64,000 bases of DNA from Atractiella rhizophila (Eukaryota). The notes under the pieces were generated by a model. The model had not been told where the DNA came from. It made no database searches and saw only the letters and a list, made by a program, of their open reading frames with translations. Position numbers and translations under genes: made by a program. The stretch's first letter is position 1; every line of letters begins with the position of its first letter. Shown here piece by piece: positions 62,262-64,000 of this stretch. The DNA lies in the NCBI GenBank assembly GCA_021432655.1, contig MU271226.1:1-64000 (forward strand), written 5' to 3'.

Positions 62262-64000
62262 GTGGATGGCAGCAAGGAGCGACTACCCGAAGGCGATATC
62301 AGTTCCTGGAAAGCATCGATTAATATGCGAGACCTTGGCTGATTACTGCCAAGAACCGCTGGATACAAAACGGTTCAACATGATAGAGCTCTAAAGCTGC
62401 TCTCAAGAACACTGCTGCGAAGCCTGACACACAAGTTAAAACTCCAAATTGCTTGGTTGAAAGACGACCATAGTAATTGAGCAATGTAGTATTAGTTGCT
62501 CCCACACTTCCCGGCAACAATCTCCCAACCAATGGGAGTTAAACAAAGACTGCAAGACGAAAAAGTCACTCTTCCACCAGAACCTCAAAATCTTAGGTTT
62601 TCACCTCGACACAACGAAATACGTTCATGAAGAAAACACGAAAGGAATAAGACTGAGATCCTGCACAGAAAACGAATAGCCTATAACCACCCTGGCATCT
62701 CCCAACTTCTACAGACGAAAGAAGATGCACCAAGTAGGTTCCAGATATGATCGATTAATGATCTTTGCATATTTAGTATCGATTAATTAAGCGTCTCATC
62801 AAGCAATAAACTCCGGACGTGGATCGCACCATTGGCCTCCTGCAACACTCAGACACTCAGGGCAACACTCAAGGGCAAAATTCACGCTTGTCAGAGGACA
62901 CGAGCAAATGCTCTCATCGCATCCTCTCAGGAACCGATGGGGTCCACAACCCAATGTGAAAAATGGAGAGAGAAGACTCTCGTCTCTATCGATATCGCTC
63001 TCCCGATCAACATAAATGAATGAAGTAAACGAAGCGTGTCACCAGATGTGGAGAAAGAAGAGGGTCTACCTGGTGTTAACACAATTTGCAGAACTAAATT
63101 AAGGCTTGTGCCTTGCCCTGCTGCTCACAACATAGATTGTAACGATCATTCTCTCGTCGTGCAAACAAACGAACGAGGGGATTTTGACCAATGAGGGAGT
63201 CTGCTTCCTCTCCTCGCTCCGTTTACGATAGGTGCAGAAGCAGGTGAAACACTTCTCTTTTGTCTCCTTCAAAATTCAAGTAGTCATCTTCGAACAATAC
63301 AGCGATGAGATTCAAAATTTCATCATTTTTCCAAAAGAAAATAGCTTGTAACTTCATAGTGTGTTCGCTGCAGTTTCCTGCTTCTAACATCAGAAGCCTT
63401 TTGCTTCCTTGCCTTCCGCGAAGTAAAGCACAGGAATACTGTAGCTAAGGTCTCCACGGACAAAGACACGACATAGCTTCTTTCAAATCGCGTCGCACAA
63501 TTGCACGCAGAACATCCATCCCATTCCCATTCCAATTCCAATCCAAATCCAAAAAACAAAACATACCCATCCACCCGCCACCCACTTCTCCCACGCACTG
63601 CCCCGCTGAACCAGCACAGAATACTGGTTGGGCAACAAAGTGATGCAGCCTGCGACCACTGCCTGAGCTGGGCCGAGAGAGCGGAAGAGGAGGAGGAGGA
63701 GGAGGAAGTAGCGCGAATAAACGGGCAGGGGAGGGATCGGTGGCCCGCGGGCGTAGGTCGGCGGAGGCATTGGGTATCGTTGGGCTGATGGGCTGAGGCT
63801 GAAGGCGCTGGTTGGTCGTTTGTGGCGCAGGCGCAATGGAAGGAATGTTGATCCATTATGTCCATTTCGGCCGGGCAATTTGCGACCACGATAATCGATG
63901 ATTGAATTGCCAGATGATTGGATCGTGCTTCTTGACGCAGGTCTGCCAGTAAGACTCAAAGGAAAGGCCCGTGACGAATATTATGAAAAGGGGTATGCAC

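Noticed and set aside
63323..63959. Overlapping ORFs at the window end
   Set aside because: Low-complexity (GAG)n and ATTCCA-type repeats with no consistent frame; cannot be resolved without sequence beyond the window.

Overview
Intron-rich fungal genomic DNA (about 50-nt GT-AG introns with CTRAY-like branch sites and micro-exons; basidiomycete-like). No prokaryotic operons, CRISPR arrays or recognisable transposon genes. About 25 genes were reconstructed by hand-splicing. Recognisable ones: AGC1 (aspartate/glutamate carrier), a LAT-family amino-acid permease, a cytochrome P450, an F-box/LRR-like protein, an FSH1-type serine hydrolase, a Zn2Cys6 transcription factor, MTD1, a cytochrome b561-domain protein, acyl-CoA oxidase (POX1), an MCH1-like MFS transporter, an SRPK-like kinase, a DHA1 MFS efflux pump and a GT31+GT32 fused glycosyltransferase. 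There are also several small or orphan proteins and a degenerate tRNA-like element. Most notable observations: (1) two multi-kb tandem duplications, each with one untemplated A at the junction and a patch of concentrated divergence over a small orphan gene (real duplications or uncollapsed haplotypes); (2) three unusually long 5'-proximal introns rich in hairpins, one splitting the Zn cluster and holding a possible pseudoknot and C/D-box motifs; (3) two paralogous stand-alone RRM micro-proteins with the same exon layout; (4) a P450 lacking the I-helix acid residue; (5) a multi-domain glycosyltransferase with a cadherin/Ig-like tail. All splice models and RNA pairings were read by eye and need RNA-seq or computation.
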